40,354 bases of DNA, from NCBI GenBank assembly GCA_036172245.1, contig JAYWIR010000179.1, positions 1 to 40,354 on the forward strand, read 5' to 3'. The translations under genes and the position numbers were made by a program. A model generated the notes under the pieces. It saw only the letters and a program-made list of their open reading frames with translations, did not search any database and was not told the origin of the DNA. Each line of letters starts with the position of its first letter. Within the stretch, counting starts at the first letter, position 1. The DNA comes from Raillietiella orientalis. Taxonomy: Eukaryota. Below, piece by piece: positions 23,487-34,510 of the stretch.

Positions 23487-25085
23487 TACTGCTGGGAAAG
23501 TGATGCTGCGTCTCCCGCCTCACCTAGGGGCGGGACGCAGGCTTTCTCCTGTGCGGTGGGGGGCGGCTCGACGACCCCCTCCGTCTCCATCGGCTCCGTC
23601 TCGGCCGATCGTGGGAGTTCAGGACTCGTGTCCATCTCTCCCACGCTCGCCGCACCCTCGTTTCCGGAGGATTCCCCTTCCTCGGAGGAGACGATCCTCC
23701 TCGGGTTACGGATTTTCCTTCCGGTCTTCCTCGGGGGTGCAGATGCGGATGGTGCGTGTCCGGTCTCCGGGTCCGAGTCCGAGGTCCCGGTCCCCTCCTC
23801 TCGGCCGGACGTCGAACGGCCTTCTTCCCGACCTTTGCGGGAGGCTGCTGACTGGCGGCGAGCTCGGCGGCGGCTTTTGCAAAGCCCGCGTCATCGCGGC
23901 TCTCCCCCTCGCCGCAGCCCTCGGACTCTGTTTGCACAGCGACGGGGCTGTCAGCGTTGTTGCACACGGCAACGTCCTGTTCGCACGGCACTTCGGAGTC
24001 TGCAAGGCGCTCCAGTGCGACCGTGCATTTTTTCAGTCCCTGCTTTTTCGCGGGTTTCGCGGTTTTTACAGGGACTTTATTTTTATTATTTACGTCCTTT
24101 TTTTCTTTCTTTTTCTTTGGACTGACCTTTAGCCAGCCAGGCTCTTCTCCTTCCACCTCGGTTGCCTGCGTTTCTGCAGACGGGGTGGTCGGGATGCCCT
24201 TTTTGGCTGGCACCGGGTCAACCGTATTTTCAGACGGCGGCCTGGTCTTGCCAGGCTTCTTGCTCGCGTTCGTGCCGCTCACGGCAGCAGGCGGCGCGCG
24301 CGAAGTCTTTTTGGGGCACACTTCTTCCGTGTGCCCGATTGCCTCGCACTTGCGGCAGGTGATGTTGGGGCAGCGTTTCTTCACGTGCCCCGTACCATCA
24401 CAAAACGCACAGTATTTGGGTTTCCCCAGATACCAGAAGTCGACAGAATCTCCGTCGACTACTAGTTTATGGGGAACCCCAATGTCCTTATTCACAGTCA
24501 CACGTGCCGCGGCGAGTCCGCTCAGGAGTCCGTCATAAGTACGGAACCTGTTGGGCTTCAGCCACAGCGCGTGTACGTTCCGAATTTGCTGAGTTCAGCC
24601 CTGACGGCGCTCGGTGACATCGGCACGGTGATTCCACGGAGGTGGACAACTATTGAGTTGTCCACCGGGACAGGGAAGATCTGGCGGCCCTCGACCCTGA
24701 CGGGGGTTCGCAGCAGTCTTTGCGCCAACCCTGCTTCTTTGCAGGTCAACTCGACATGCTGTCCCCCGCTGCGGATAAAGAGATCCAGCAGATCCTCCTT
24801 GTTAACGTTCAAACGGTGGAGCTCCTTCTCGAAGGAGCGCGCCACATGGTCATCAAACACCCGGCCTACCTTATACAGCAGACTCGGGTTGTAGTTGTAG
24901 GCCTTGTAGGCCTGGGCCTCGGCGATGGCCGCTGCAGATGGCGCGACGACCGCGGCGCTGTAGTCCGTCGCCGGCGGGGGGGACGGAGCTTCCGGGGCAG
25001 GTGCCTTTATCTCCATGGGTACGGGGGACGTTCGCCCGGCCCCCACCCTACATTCACTAGTGGCGGGATCAGGCATTTCTGCCAT
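23486..25085 (-). pseudogene. Element F ORF1 (zinc-knuckle protein), frameshifted
   Basis: MAEMPDPATSEC...; CAFCDGTGHVKKRC and CRKCEAIGHTEEVC; TAATG overlap at 23484-23488. Confidence 0.85.
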
Positions 25086-25149
25086 CCTCCGACCACTGAT
25101 GCACCGCACTACACCAATAAAGTCGAGCGAGTCAGGAGCGCGCAGAGAA

Positions 25150-25156
25150 CACGTCT
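25150..25156 (-). promoter_or_regulatory. DPE-like RGACGTG motif at the 5' end of F
   Basis: AGACGTG 4 nt inside the end. Confidence 0.55.
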
Positions 25157-25160
25157 GACC

Positions 25161-25608
25161 GTCGGCACTGCTGGTGTTGCATTGGGGGCTTCCTTGCCAC
25201 GCCCGCCGACACCACTGGACGCGGGGGGGTGTCAACCCTAATTGTGTCAGTTGCGGGGAGAGGGAATACCTCCCCCACCTGTTAGTGGATTGTGTTGCCC
25301 TCCGTCCCTTGTGGGAACGCTTTGCCGCAGCCCTGGGGATCCCCGGGGGCAACCCCAGAGACTCTTTGCGCCCCGTCTTCGTCCGTGACGCCCTGCCTCT
25401 ATCGGCCTCGCTTGCAGCCCTGTGCTGCCAACGCAAGATCGTCGTGGCATGGAGCAAAGCGACAGGAGGATCCAGCGACAGGGATGCCAACGTGTATGCC
25501 GCCCGTTTCCTCAGGATAGCGACGCGATGGCCCCATCTGGAACCACACAAGCAGAAACAGCTTGCCGGCATCCTCCAGAGGATGACGGACCCTCCCAGCA
25601 GACTCTGA
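25161..25608 (+). pseudogene. Element D ORF2 piece 2 (C-terminal zinc finger)
   Basis: SALLVLHWGLPCHARR...CVSCGEREYLPHLLVDC...ILQRMTDPPSRL*. Confidence 0.9.
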
Positions 25609-25790
25609 TCCCTTCCCGCTCCCTCCCTGATTTTTGTTTATTTTTTGTTTTCTTTTTGTTTCGTTCCCCCTCCCCTCTGCTGCCAAGGTCGACCGCGCCT
25701 GTCTGCGCACCGGTAGCCCAACAGGCTACATCTTTCCAGGGCGTGGCTAACTACTGGTCCAGTCACAGATTGTATAGGTTTATTCGTGAG

Positions 25791-25820
25791 AATAAACGTC
25801 CCGGCGCACCCGGGTTTCAA
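25791..25820 (+). terminator. 3' terminal AATAAA + hairpin of D
   Basis: AATAAA CG TCCCGG CGCAC CCGGG T TTCAA. Confidence 0.8.
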
Positions 25821-26163
25821 TGGAGATTCCGGAGCGTGACGCCTCTCAGGTATTCGCGAAGGTGTTCCTTCGCACCTAAGAGTCGCGTCCAGTTCCCCGG
25901 CAGACGCCAATTTCTGGAGGGCGGTCCTTTATCGCGAGGCCGCATCTCGAAAATTAGCCGGGAATGGTCCGACAACGTCGACGCAACCCTTCCCCGTTTG
26001 CCGACCCGTGAACACAGGTCGGCGTCGAGGAAGACGTGGTCGATGCTGCGGACCATTCCTTTCTCACCCGCGAACAAGTTGCGCGCACGCATGGCGGCGC
26101 ACAACTCGTTCATCGCATTCACTTGTGTTACCGGCTCACCTGTTAGTAGGCGGAGATTGAAAT
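25821..26163 (-). pseudogene. Element A ORF2 piece 2 (AP endonuclease C-terminal part)
   Basis: FNLRLL...SIDHVFLD...LSDH...WRLPGNW...GVTLRNL, bounded by the TSDs of E and D. Confidence 0.88.
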
Positions 26164-26193
26164 TTATCACCCGGTCACGCCGGGGCGTTTATT
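26164..26193 (-). terminator. 3' terminal AATAAA + hairpin of E
   Basis: AATAAA CG CCCCGG CGTGA CCGGG T GATAA. Confidence 0.8.
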
Positions 26194-26476
26194 AATAATA
26201 ATAAACTGGTCAGGGACAATGTCCTTGACCAACAGAACGACAGAGAACATATAAAAATTACCGGCACGCAGGCCTGGTAAACAAACCGCTCGCAGCGCGG
26301 AAGGAATGAGGGGAAACAAACAAAAATCAAAAACTGGAGGGAAGGGTAACGGGTTTTTGGTTAGGCTCCGTACTCACGGGGATTTATACGATGAGCACCT
26401 AAAATGTTCCGGAGCCTATGGGGACGCGGGTGTAAAAAGAAAATACAAATTTAGTTTATGGAGGGTAGGGCAATGA

Positions 26477-29400
26477 TCACCGGGCTGGCCGCTGATGAGG
26501 GTGTGTAAACCGGCGGTGTATTGCGGCGAGATTCCTCTTTGTCTCCTCTGTCAAATGAGGCCATCTAGCGGATGCTCCCATGTAGAAGGATGCTTTGCTG
26601 ATTACCTCTTGGTGCTGTCCGTTGATTACCAACGCCTGGCGGACGGAAACTATCGCGCGTATGCAACCGATGGATGCAATCCTTGCGCTTAGTGAAAGCC
26701 CGCTCGGCGTGAAGAATCGTCGCAGCAAGTCTCTTGCGGTGTCCACGGGATGCAATAGTGCTGTTGCCAGCCTACGCCACAGTCCTTGTAGGACACCGCA
26801 GTCCAGAAGTAGGTGCGGAATCGACTCCGTCGATCCGCACCGAACGCAGTTCGCAGACGCATGTCCCCCGGAGTCACGATGCCAACGCTCGTTGCAATGA
26901 AAACCCCAGTGAACGAAAAGCAGCACGGCTTGTTTCCAAGCAAGGGGGAGCAGCGAACTGTCCATACACTGTGGAGGGACTACAAGTTCTTCGGGGGTGA
27001 CAGCAAGTTCTTCTGCCCACCGGAAGAGTCCCTTTGCAGTAACACGAGGAGTGGCGGCGTCCGCCAACTCACTTGTCTTCCAGGTGCCAAGGAGTATGGT
27101 TCTTCCCGCTATCGTGCAGGAAACCTCCCATTTCGCCGGTTGGTAACTGTCGTTTCTTGCCCTGAGGGCAGACAGCGCTGCGGCAAGAGGCGTGGCAGCC
27201 AGGGTAGAAAACTTTACCTCGTCCTGCAGTACTTCTTCCAAGGATCGTGGAAAAAATTGACGCAGGGGGCGAAGATCTTCAGGGCGTATTCCTTGGAACG
27301 CCGCCCAGGATTCAACAGACTCCTGCCGCCAAGCTTCAAAGTTCATTGGGTTGCAGGAGATCCAAGAGTGTGCTTCCAGAAGTGCGGTCAACTGCCGCAA
27401 TGGAAAACCGAAACCCCGCTTCCTGTATTGAGTGCCCGGCAAAAGCGAGAGAAATCCTCCGCTGCCGGCGCATCTCCGCAGGAGGATGCGAGCTGGCACA
27501 CACAGGGGGGATGTCCATAGCTGGGCACACAGTGCCAGCAGTCGGAACTGCACCTGCAGTCCGATTCGCTCCATTGTCAGGATACCCAAACCAGCATCCC
27601 GACGCGGAGCTGAAAAATCTTTAAGGCGGATCCTGGATCTCGCCGGACCCCAGAGAGCGTTCCTGAGCAGGCGCTTAGCCCGCTGTTTTGCCGCATAGGG
27701 GGGATCCAAAACAAAAAACAGGGGACGGAGGAGGGGGGCCACAAATGTGTTCCAAATAGTCGCCCGTTCCTGCAAGGTAAACTTGCCGTTAAAGAACGGG
27801 CTGATGGCCAACTCTGCTTTCTGAAGACAGTCCGCCCACGCTTCGGCTGCGCCGAAAGCGCCCAACGGAACGCCAAGGTACTTAAAGTACCCGCCCGTGG
27901 GGATCCCCAGGCGGATCCAGTCGGACTGCCCCTCCCACGACGTACCCACAGGAACGATCACGCTCTTCTCTCTGTTCACGCTCACGCCCGCTCCCCGACG
28001 AATCAGGTCGAAGAAATCCTCGACACTGGACGCCGGGGTGGACATGGGGAGCAGAAGAAGCAGGTCATCAGCGTAGGCGGCCACGGCAGGCGTTCCCGGG
28101 CAGGAGCTTGGCAAGTGAGACAGCGTCAGCCTGTATGCCCTTAGCACCAACTCAAAGAAGATGCTGAAAAGCAACGGGCTTAAGCTGTCGCCCTGTCGGA
28201 TGCCCCTACGAACGGGAATACCATACACGCGGCAGCCGCTGAAAGTAATGCAGGTTAGCGCGTGGCGCCAGCACGCACGCAAATACAGCAGGAGTTGCGC
28301 CGGGAACCCAAGCCGTTCCATAAGCTCCAAAAGCAGCTTCTGGTTTACGCAGTCGAACGCCTTGTGGAGATCGACCGCGACCGCCAAGGCACCTGGCGTT
28401 GCCTCCTGCCGTCGGCGCCTGTTCTTCTTGCTTGCGGCAGTGACTTTCGCAGCAGCCTGGCTTTGCTGCGCCACAACTTCCTGCAGCTGCATCCATGTAC
28501 GCGCGAAAAGGATGTTCGCCTCCATGGATCGTCCCGGAACCGCGTAGGTTTGTTCCGGGCTCACCACAGATTCCGCGATACTTCCTAACCGCGCAACCCA
28601 CAGCTTGGAAAACAACTTGACGTCCGAGGTCACCAAGGTGATCGGACGCCAGTTGTTAAGTTGACGCAAGTCTCCGCCTTTCGGTAGGAGACGCACCTTC
28701 GCTGAGCGGAAGGAATCCGGGACATTCCCGGATTCACTCATCAGCGTCGCGAGTTTCAGCATCAAGGGAATGAGCTCCACTGCAAAGCACTGATAAAACT
28801 CTGCAGGGAGCCCATCCTCGCCTGGCGCCTTTCGTCTCTTCAGCCCAGCGATTGCGGACGAAAATTCATCCGCCGTGAAGGGCTCGTTGAGACGTTCGCG
28901 TTCCTCCTTGCCGACAACACGAGCATCCTGAAACAGGAGTATCTCAGAAAGAATATCCTCCGTCGGGGATTCCGCGTAGAGCGAGGAGTAGTAGCGTCTC
29001 ACAATGCGGCGTACTTCGGCTGGGGCCAAACATTCCTGGCCCTTGTCGTCCAACAGGCATGCTGCTCCGGACTGCCAGACCTGGCGCTCGGCCCTCGCCT
29101 TGTACTCTGCGAGACGCCCGACATCCGCGCGTCTCTAAAACGTGCGGGCCTGCAGAAAGTCTCTACTGCTGGCCACGCCCTCTCCAAAACCGCGTGGAAG
29201 CCGGTGCAAGGGGATTTGGCAACAGAACTCGCGGACAGATCTTTTGAGATCGTCCCAGTCCGCAAGTTCTTGAATGGCAAAGCCCCGGAGGTATCCACGT
29301 AGATGCTCCGCAGCCTCCGGTTGGCTAAGCCAATCCGCCTGCAGCCTCCAGCTTTGCAACGGAGGCCCCCTGCCTGGCGGAAGGATCTCAAACTCCAACC

Positions 29401-30070
29401 TGTGGTGGTCAGAAAGCTCAGTCAACAATCTTCCTCTCCTACCCACACGCGAATGCAGGTTTTCATCGAGGAAAACGCGATCGAGCGATCTTTCCATTCC
29501 AGGTTCGCTGACCATCAAGTTGGCGGCGTGCACGGACGCGCACATCTCGATGGGCAGCGCGCGCTCCCTCGGGCGGCTCCAATCGTCGGAGAGCAGGCGG
29601 ACGTTGAATTCCCCAGCGACGAGGTGCGTCACTTGGAAGCCGGAGTTGTTGAGCCAGTGGCTCTGCACGTCACCAAAGAAAGCTACTCTTTCTTCGAGGT
29701 AGCGAGAGCCACTCGGCGCATAGACGTTCGTAACGACGAGATCGATGGACTCGGACCACTTGATGACAAGCTGGCCTATCCGTCCGTCGTCATCGAAACG
29801 AACACTACGCACCGCTTCCGCCATTTGTCCTCTTACGAGGAACGCGACGCCGCACGTGTGTGCGCCGCCGCACCGCCAATGTAGCGTTCCGCCTGCGCGC
29901 TCCTCGATTTCGGCTGCCTGCTCGTCGGAGATTACGTGAATCTCCTGCAGCAGCGCGAGGTCGAAAAGGCGCAGGGCGTTGGCTACTAATCGCCTCTTCT
30001 CGTCGTTCTGCAGTCCGTTCACGTTCCAACACGTTACGGACAGACGACGAGAAGACGCGATTCCCCGCAT
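26477..30070 (-). pseudogene. Element E ORF2, ~1197 codons, near-intact (single in-frame TAG at 29135-29137; GDFN changed to GEFN)
   Basis: ORFs 29135..30070 and 26477..29053 are in one frame. Endonuclease, RT (DLHKAFD, RGIRQGD, YADD, KYLG) and CVRC..HLLLDC motifs are present. Confidence 0.93.
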
Positions 30071-31991
30071 TACTGCTGGGAAGGTGGCAGCTTTTTGCTC
30101 GCTTTATCCGGCGAGCAGACGGCGAGCAGCACGACTGGCTGGAGGGGACGGTCGCCACCGTCCTCTGTCGTGCTGCATGCATGTAATGCCTCCACGCCAG
30201 GCTGAACCCCGTCGGGTTTCGTTGAGACTTCGCGTTGCTTCGCGGCGAGCGTTGCCTGGCTGCCTACTTTTGATCGGCGCGCACACGCTTTCGAACGAGT
30301 TGTCCTCGTCTCGGTGATCGGAACGGCATCCATTTCGGAGTCCGACCGGCGCATGTTCGATCGGGTTTTGGCCTTCCGCGAAGCAGTGACAGGTTCTGCT
30401 GGATTGACAGCTGTCCTGTTTTCGTTTTCCGTCACCAGAGCATCGCTTTTGGTGACGGCTGCTTTCCCGGCGCGCGCGTTTTCAGCGTTCTCACGCGCAG
30501 TTGCACGAGGGACCTTTGCTGAAGTCTTCTTTACTTCATTACGGTTACTCACTTCGCGTGGCGCCGTAAATGGAGATTGTGCTCCATGGCCATCTTTGAA
30601 GCCATCCGCGTCTTTGGACGGGAGCACTTTCGATGGCTCCGACACGCTCGTCATGGACGCTGCTTTCGGAAGGGCTTTTAATCCCTTCGTTGGCATGGCA
30701 TCCGCGCCAGTCGAGAGCTTGCTCTCCGACTGCGACGGCGTGAGATTTTTCTCCGCTTTCGCGGTGTTGGATCGCGACGCGGATTTTATTTTGCCGACTT
30801 TCGAAGTCGACACGGCACAACCCTTCTTACCCGATTTGGGCTTCTCAGCCACTGCAGGAGGTGAAGGAATGGATCTGACGGTACTGGAAATGTTCTTACC
30901 GCCGTTGTCCATTGGCGTCCCTGCCGGTTGCTCGAACTCCGAGAGAGCCGGGCGTGCTTGGGAAGGACAGCTATTGCGCCTAGGGGGACTTACCATTGCC
31001 CCGGATTCCCCGCACCCTTTCTTTTGCGGCTCCCCTGCCGCGAGAGGGGGTGCGCAGGGCTTCGCGTGCGAGGTTTCCTGCTGCTTTGGGGCGAAATTCC
31101 GCCTCGCGTTTTTACCGAATTTCTGCCGTGGGGTCTCCAGGTTTTTCGCAGATTTTTTCTTTTTATCCGCGCTTTGTTTTTTAAAATGGAGCTCCGCGGC
31201 TGCCTTTTTCGCAAAAGATCCGGGCAATTTTTCAATTGGTGCCCGGATAGTTTGCAATAACGGCATTTTCCAGAGGGGCATTTATCCAAACAATGCCCCT
31301 CCTTCCCGCATTGCTTGCACGTTTTTGCTTTGCCCACGAACCACAGGTGAACGACCGTGTCTTTCACCTGTAGTTTGGTGGGCAGCAGACGGCGGTCCGG
31401 CATTGTAAGCCGGACTCCAGCGACTCCGCTGTGTATGGACGGGAAGTCCTTGAGGTTGCTACGCACCCTCCACAGCGCATGGACCGTGGCGAATTTCGCC
31501 AACGCGTTCCGAAGATCAGTATCGGAGATTTCCGACTCGATGTCGAAAATCTCCACCACAAATGAGTCGTCCATGGCGGCCGGGAAGACCTTCTGGCCAC
31601 GGATCGACAACGGGGTGCGCAGCAAGCGTTGCACAAGTGCAGCGTCTTTGCAACGCACCTTGAAATAGCCCATGTCTTTTACGGGCATAATGGCGAAAAG
31701 GTCCTCCTCCCGCACGCCAACACGGGTCAGTTCATCGTTGAACTGATTCCCGTCGCGCGCAGAAAGAAAACCACTCACCTTATATCGGAGAGCAGGTCTA
31801 TAGCCTTGGGCTACGTATGCCCGCAACTCCGACTCGTCGAGTGGTTTCCCTTTGACGGCCGCTGTCGCAGCAACGTCAGCAAAACTCCTCTCCATTGGCG
31901 AGAAAGACGAAGTGGAGGCGGCCGTCGGTTCCGCGATTGCAGATCCGGATGCTGTTCCTCCAACTTCAGTAGCTTCAAGTTGGGTCGACAT
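30070..31991 (-). pseudogene. Element E ORF1 (zinc-knuckle protein), one frameshift in an A-run near 31205
   Basis: Contains CKQCGKEGHCLDKC and CRYCKLSGHQLKNC. Built from ORFs 30990..32015 and 30070..31281, ending in a TAATG overlap. Confidence 0.88.
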
Positions 31992-32056
31992 AGTCGTCAA
32001 AATGTACGACGCCAAGATGAAGCGGATGAAAGCACGGAGACGAGAGCGAAGAAAAA

Positions 32057-32063
32057 CACGTCC
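32057..32063 (-). promoter_or_regulatory. DPE-like RGACGTG motif at the 5' end of E
   Basis: GGACGTG 6 nt inside the end. Confidence 0.55.
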
Positions 32064-32069
32064 GCACTC

Positions 32070-32538
32070 GATTGAAATCTCCCGCTATGAGGTGAGCCTT
32101 CCGCACGCTCGTGTTCGCCAGCCAGTCGCGCTTCAAGGATTCAAGCAGCCTGGTACGGTTGCTGTATCCCTTTTGACCGGTTGGGGCGTACACATTCGTG
32201 ACGATCAGATCGATCGAGTCCGACCAGCCGAGAGTCAGCTGACCGACCCGACCGTCGTCATCGAAGCGCACGCCCTTCACGGCAGCGTCGATGGCCGGCT
32301 TCACGAAGAACGCGACCCCGCAGGTGTTGCGGAGGCCGCATCGCCAATACAGCCGACCCCTTGCGATCGTCTCGATTTCCTGGGCGTCTGCCGCAGTGAT
32401 CACGTGGATCTCCTGCAGCAGCGCCAGGTCGAGCTCACGCAGGGTGTCGGCTGTATCTCGCCTGTTGCCGTCGTCGCGCAGCCCGTTGACGTTCCAACAG
32501 ACCGCGCGAATCCGACGGCGACTGGCGAGCCCAGGTGT
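32070..32538 (-). pseudogene. Element A ORF2 piece 1 (AP endonuclease N-terminal part)
   Basis: Motifs CWNVNGL, LLQEIH, TNVYAP and AHLIAGDFN. The start codon is mutated (TAACA instead of TAATG). Interrupted by E. Confidence 0.88.
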
Positions 32539-34411
32539 TAGTCCAGGGAAAACGGCGATGCGGCGTCCGCCACCTGCTGGGACGGGACGCTAGGTGGAGG
32601 GGGAGGAGGGACAGGTACTGAAGGCACCTTTTCCTCCTCCTCCATCGGTGCCGGCGCGTCGGCCGGATCACCCGCACGTGGAGTCGCGCCTACCTGTTCG
32701 CCTTCCTCCATGTGTTCGGGCTGCTCAGGTTTCGCGACTGCAGGGAGGATTTCACCCCCCTGCTCTCCCTCCTCCATGGGGGTGGCAGACTCGACGGCTT
32801 CCGGACGTGGGTATTCCCCCTCCGGGATTCCCACGCTGCCGCTTCCTTCCGGTTTCTCCTCCTCGCTGGTGGAGGGGAGGCGCCTCCTGGGTTTCTGGGA
32901 CTTGCGTCCCGACTTCCTGGGGGTGCCTCCGAGGAGGAGGATCCGCTTCCGGCCCCCAGGTCGCACTCACCTGCGGGGGCCTTCTTCGTCGGAGCCGACC
33001 TGCGTACGCCCTTGCGCGACGGGGTTTCGCGCTCGGCGAGCGTTGCTGCGAGCTCCTCCGCCGCTTTCTCGAAGGCCGCGTCTTCGCCAGCGGCGACCGT
33101 TGCCGCGGGCTGCTCCGCGACCTTATCGAGCGCGGCGTCCTCGTTGACGGCGAACGTTGCCGCGGGCTCCTCCGCGACTTTATCGAGCGCGGCGTCCTGG
33201 CTGTCGGCGCGCGAGTCTCGCGTCTCACCCTCTACACGTAGATTGGGCTCGTCCACGCGAGTATTCATCGCGTCCGCATCAGCTGTTCCGCGAACATTGC
33301 CGCGGGCGGACTCGGGAGGAACGGCTAAGCGTTCCAGTGCTACCGAGCATTCGTGGAGTTTTTTTTTTGAAAGCGGCGCGGCTTTTTTCTTGTTGCCGGC
33401 AGTTTTCTTCTCCGAATTTTCTTCTATCATCACTTTCTTTTTTTTCTCTTTTCCGGCCTGAACCAGCTGCCAACCCTTCTCCATTCCCGCGTCCACAAGA
33501 GCTATTTCCTCCGACGTCTGTACGGGAGGAAGGGAGGCTGGCAGTTGGGAACGGCCATTTTCGCGAGCTGGTCTCTCTACCAGCTTTCCACGTTTTCCCT
33601 GCGCCCTTTTGGCGGCAGGGGGCAGCGGGGTGGGGCGCTTGGGGCACACGCGCCGAACGTGACCCTTTTCGCCGCATAGGTGGCACACAATGTTCGGGCA
33701 CCTTTTTCGTAGATGCCCTACTGCATTGCAGTAGCCACAAAATTGGCGTTTTCCCACGTACCAGAGGTCCACCGCTTCTTGGCAGACCTCCAGCTTATGG
33801 GGAAGCGCACCACCCTCTTTTACCGTGATACGCGCCGCAGCTTGACCTCCGAAAAGGCTATTGTAGCCTTGGAAAATCGTGGACTTCGGCCACAACGCGT
33901 GCACTTCTCCGTGCTTTTGAAGCTGTTCTCGAACCGCTGACCTCGTCATGCGACTGGAGATCCCAGTGAGATGGACCACCACCGAGCGGTCCATCGTTAT
34001 CGGCAAGATCTTCCGACCATCAACGATCAGCGGGTCGGTGATCAGGTGTCGGGCCAAGGTGATATCCTTGCATAACACCTCGACCCGCTGCCCGCCGCTG
34101 AGGACGCAGAGGCCGTCGAGATCTTTTTCAAAAATATTGGCGTCCTGCAGCGCCTTCGTAAAGGCGCGTGCAGTTCGCCCATCGAAAAGGTTGCCTACCT
34201 TGTAGACTAGCGAGGGTTTATACCCCGCTTTCTTGTAGGCTTCCATCTCGGCCATGGCTTCCACGCTAGGCGCGGCCACCATGGCGCTCCAGGACCTCGG
34301 CGTCGCTGGAGACGATTCCGGGGCGGATGCCCCTGATCCAGTAGGCTGTGGGGACGAACAAGCCTCCATCACGCCTACTTCCATCGCGGTGTCCTCTAGC
34401 AACGCTGCCAT
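32538..34411 (-). pseudogene. Element A ORF1 (gag-like nucleic-acid-binding protein, two CCHC knuckles), one frameshift near 32950
   Basis: Contains CGYCNAVGHLRKRC and CHLCGEKGHVRRVC. Built from ORFs 32690..34435 and 32538..32966; the stop abuts the ORF2 start. Confidence 0.85.
33040..33198 (-). repeat. 57-bp (19-aa) tandem repeat, about 2.7 units, inside A ORF1
   Basis: DAALDKVAEEPAATFAVNE / DAALDKVAEQPAATVAAGE / DAAFEKAAEELAAT. Confidence 0.8.
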
Positions 34412-34492
34412 CGGACACCGACGATGTGCACGCACAAATCACTTAAGAAGAAAAAACACTCGCTTTGCCACGCAGGCGGAGCGCAGAAAAAG

Positions 34493-34499
34493 CACGTCC
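34493..34499 (-). promoter_or_regulatory. DPE-like RGACGTG motif at the 5' end of A
   Basis: GGACGTG about 11 nt inside the end. Confidence 0.55.
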
Positions 34500-34510
34500 G
34501 CTCTCCACAG

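Larger units (their letters stand above)
19669..25160 (-). mobile_element. Element F: full-length Tx1-like retrotransposon (5.5 kb), inserted antisense in D ORF2
   Basis: Perfect 12-bp TSD gtcggcactgct at 19657-19668 and 25161-25172. 5' AGACGTG and 3' hairpin are present. Confidence 0.95.
14784..25820 (+). mobile_element. Element D: full-length Tx1-like retrotransposon (~5.5 kb without F), inserted antisense in the endonuclease-RT linker of A
   Basis: Perfect 17-bp TSD tggagattccggagcgt at 14767-14783 and 25821-25837. 5' GGACGTG and 3' hairpin are present. Confidence 0.95.
26164..32069 (-). mobile_element. Element E: full-length Tx1-like retrotransposon (5.9 kb), inserted in the SAME orientation into the GDFN codons of the A endonuclease
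   Basis: Perfect 9-bp TSD gattgaaat at 26155-26163 and 32070-32078. Removing E restores AHLIAGDFNLRL. Confidence 0.95.
241..34510 (-). mobile_element. Element A: full-length Tx1/L1-like non-LTR retrotransposon (~5.8 kb after removing B, D and E), inserted antisense in Z
   Basis: It has a 5' GGACGTG motif at 34493-34499, ORF1, four ORF2 pieces that join across TSDs, and a 3' AATAAA-hairpin at 241-271. The TSD is only a degenerate match (ctggggtttgatg at 228-240 vs cggggattcggcg at 34511-34523), but Z coding sequence is continuous across it. Confidence 0.8.

Noticed and set aside
24558..25571. Apparent chimeric ORFs crossing junctions (24558..25571, 2297..2848, 2867..4444, 34424..34963, 31852..32541)
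   Set aside because: They are chance read-through across insertion boundaries that TSDs already explain, not real fusion genes.
26477..29053. RT as a group II intron, retron, DGR or LTR-element polymerase
   Set aside because: The N-terminal AP endonuclease, upstream CCHC ORF1, C-terminal CxxC..H..C finger, variable-length TSDs and absence of LTRs, integrase or protease indicate an L1/Tx1-type non-LTR element.
241..34510. Idea that A[B[C]] is a recent retrotransposed or duplicated copy of Z[G[C']]
   Set aside because: The topology matches, but A and Z differ strongly at protein level and the B/G 3' UTRs are diverged while the B TSD is nearly intact. A recent composite copy is unlikely; an ancient one is not fully excluded.
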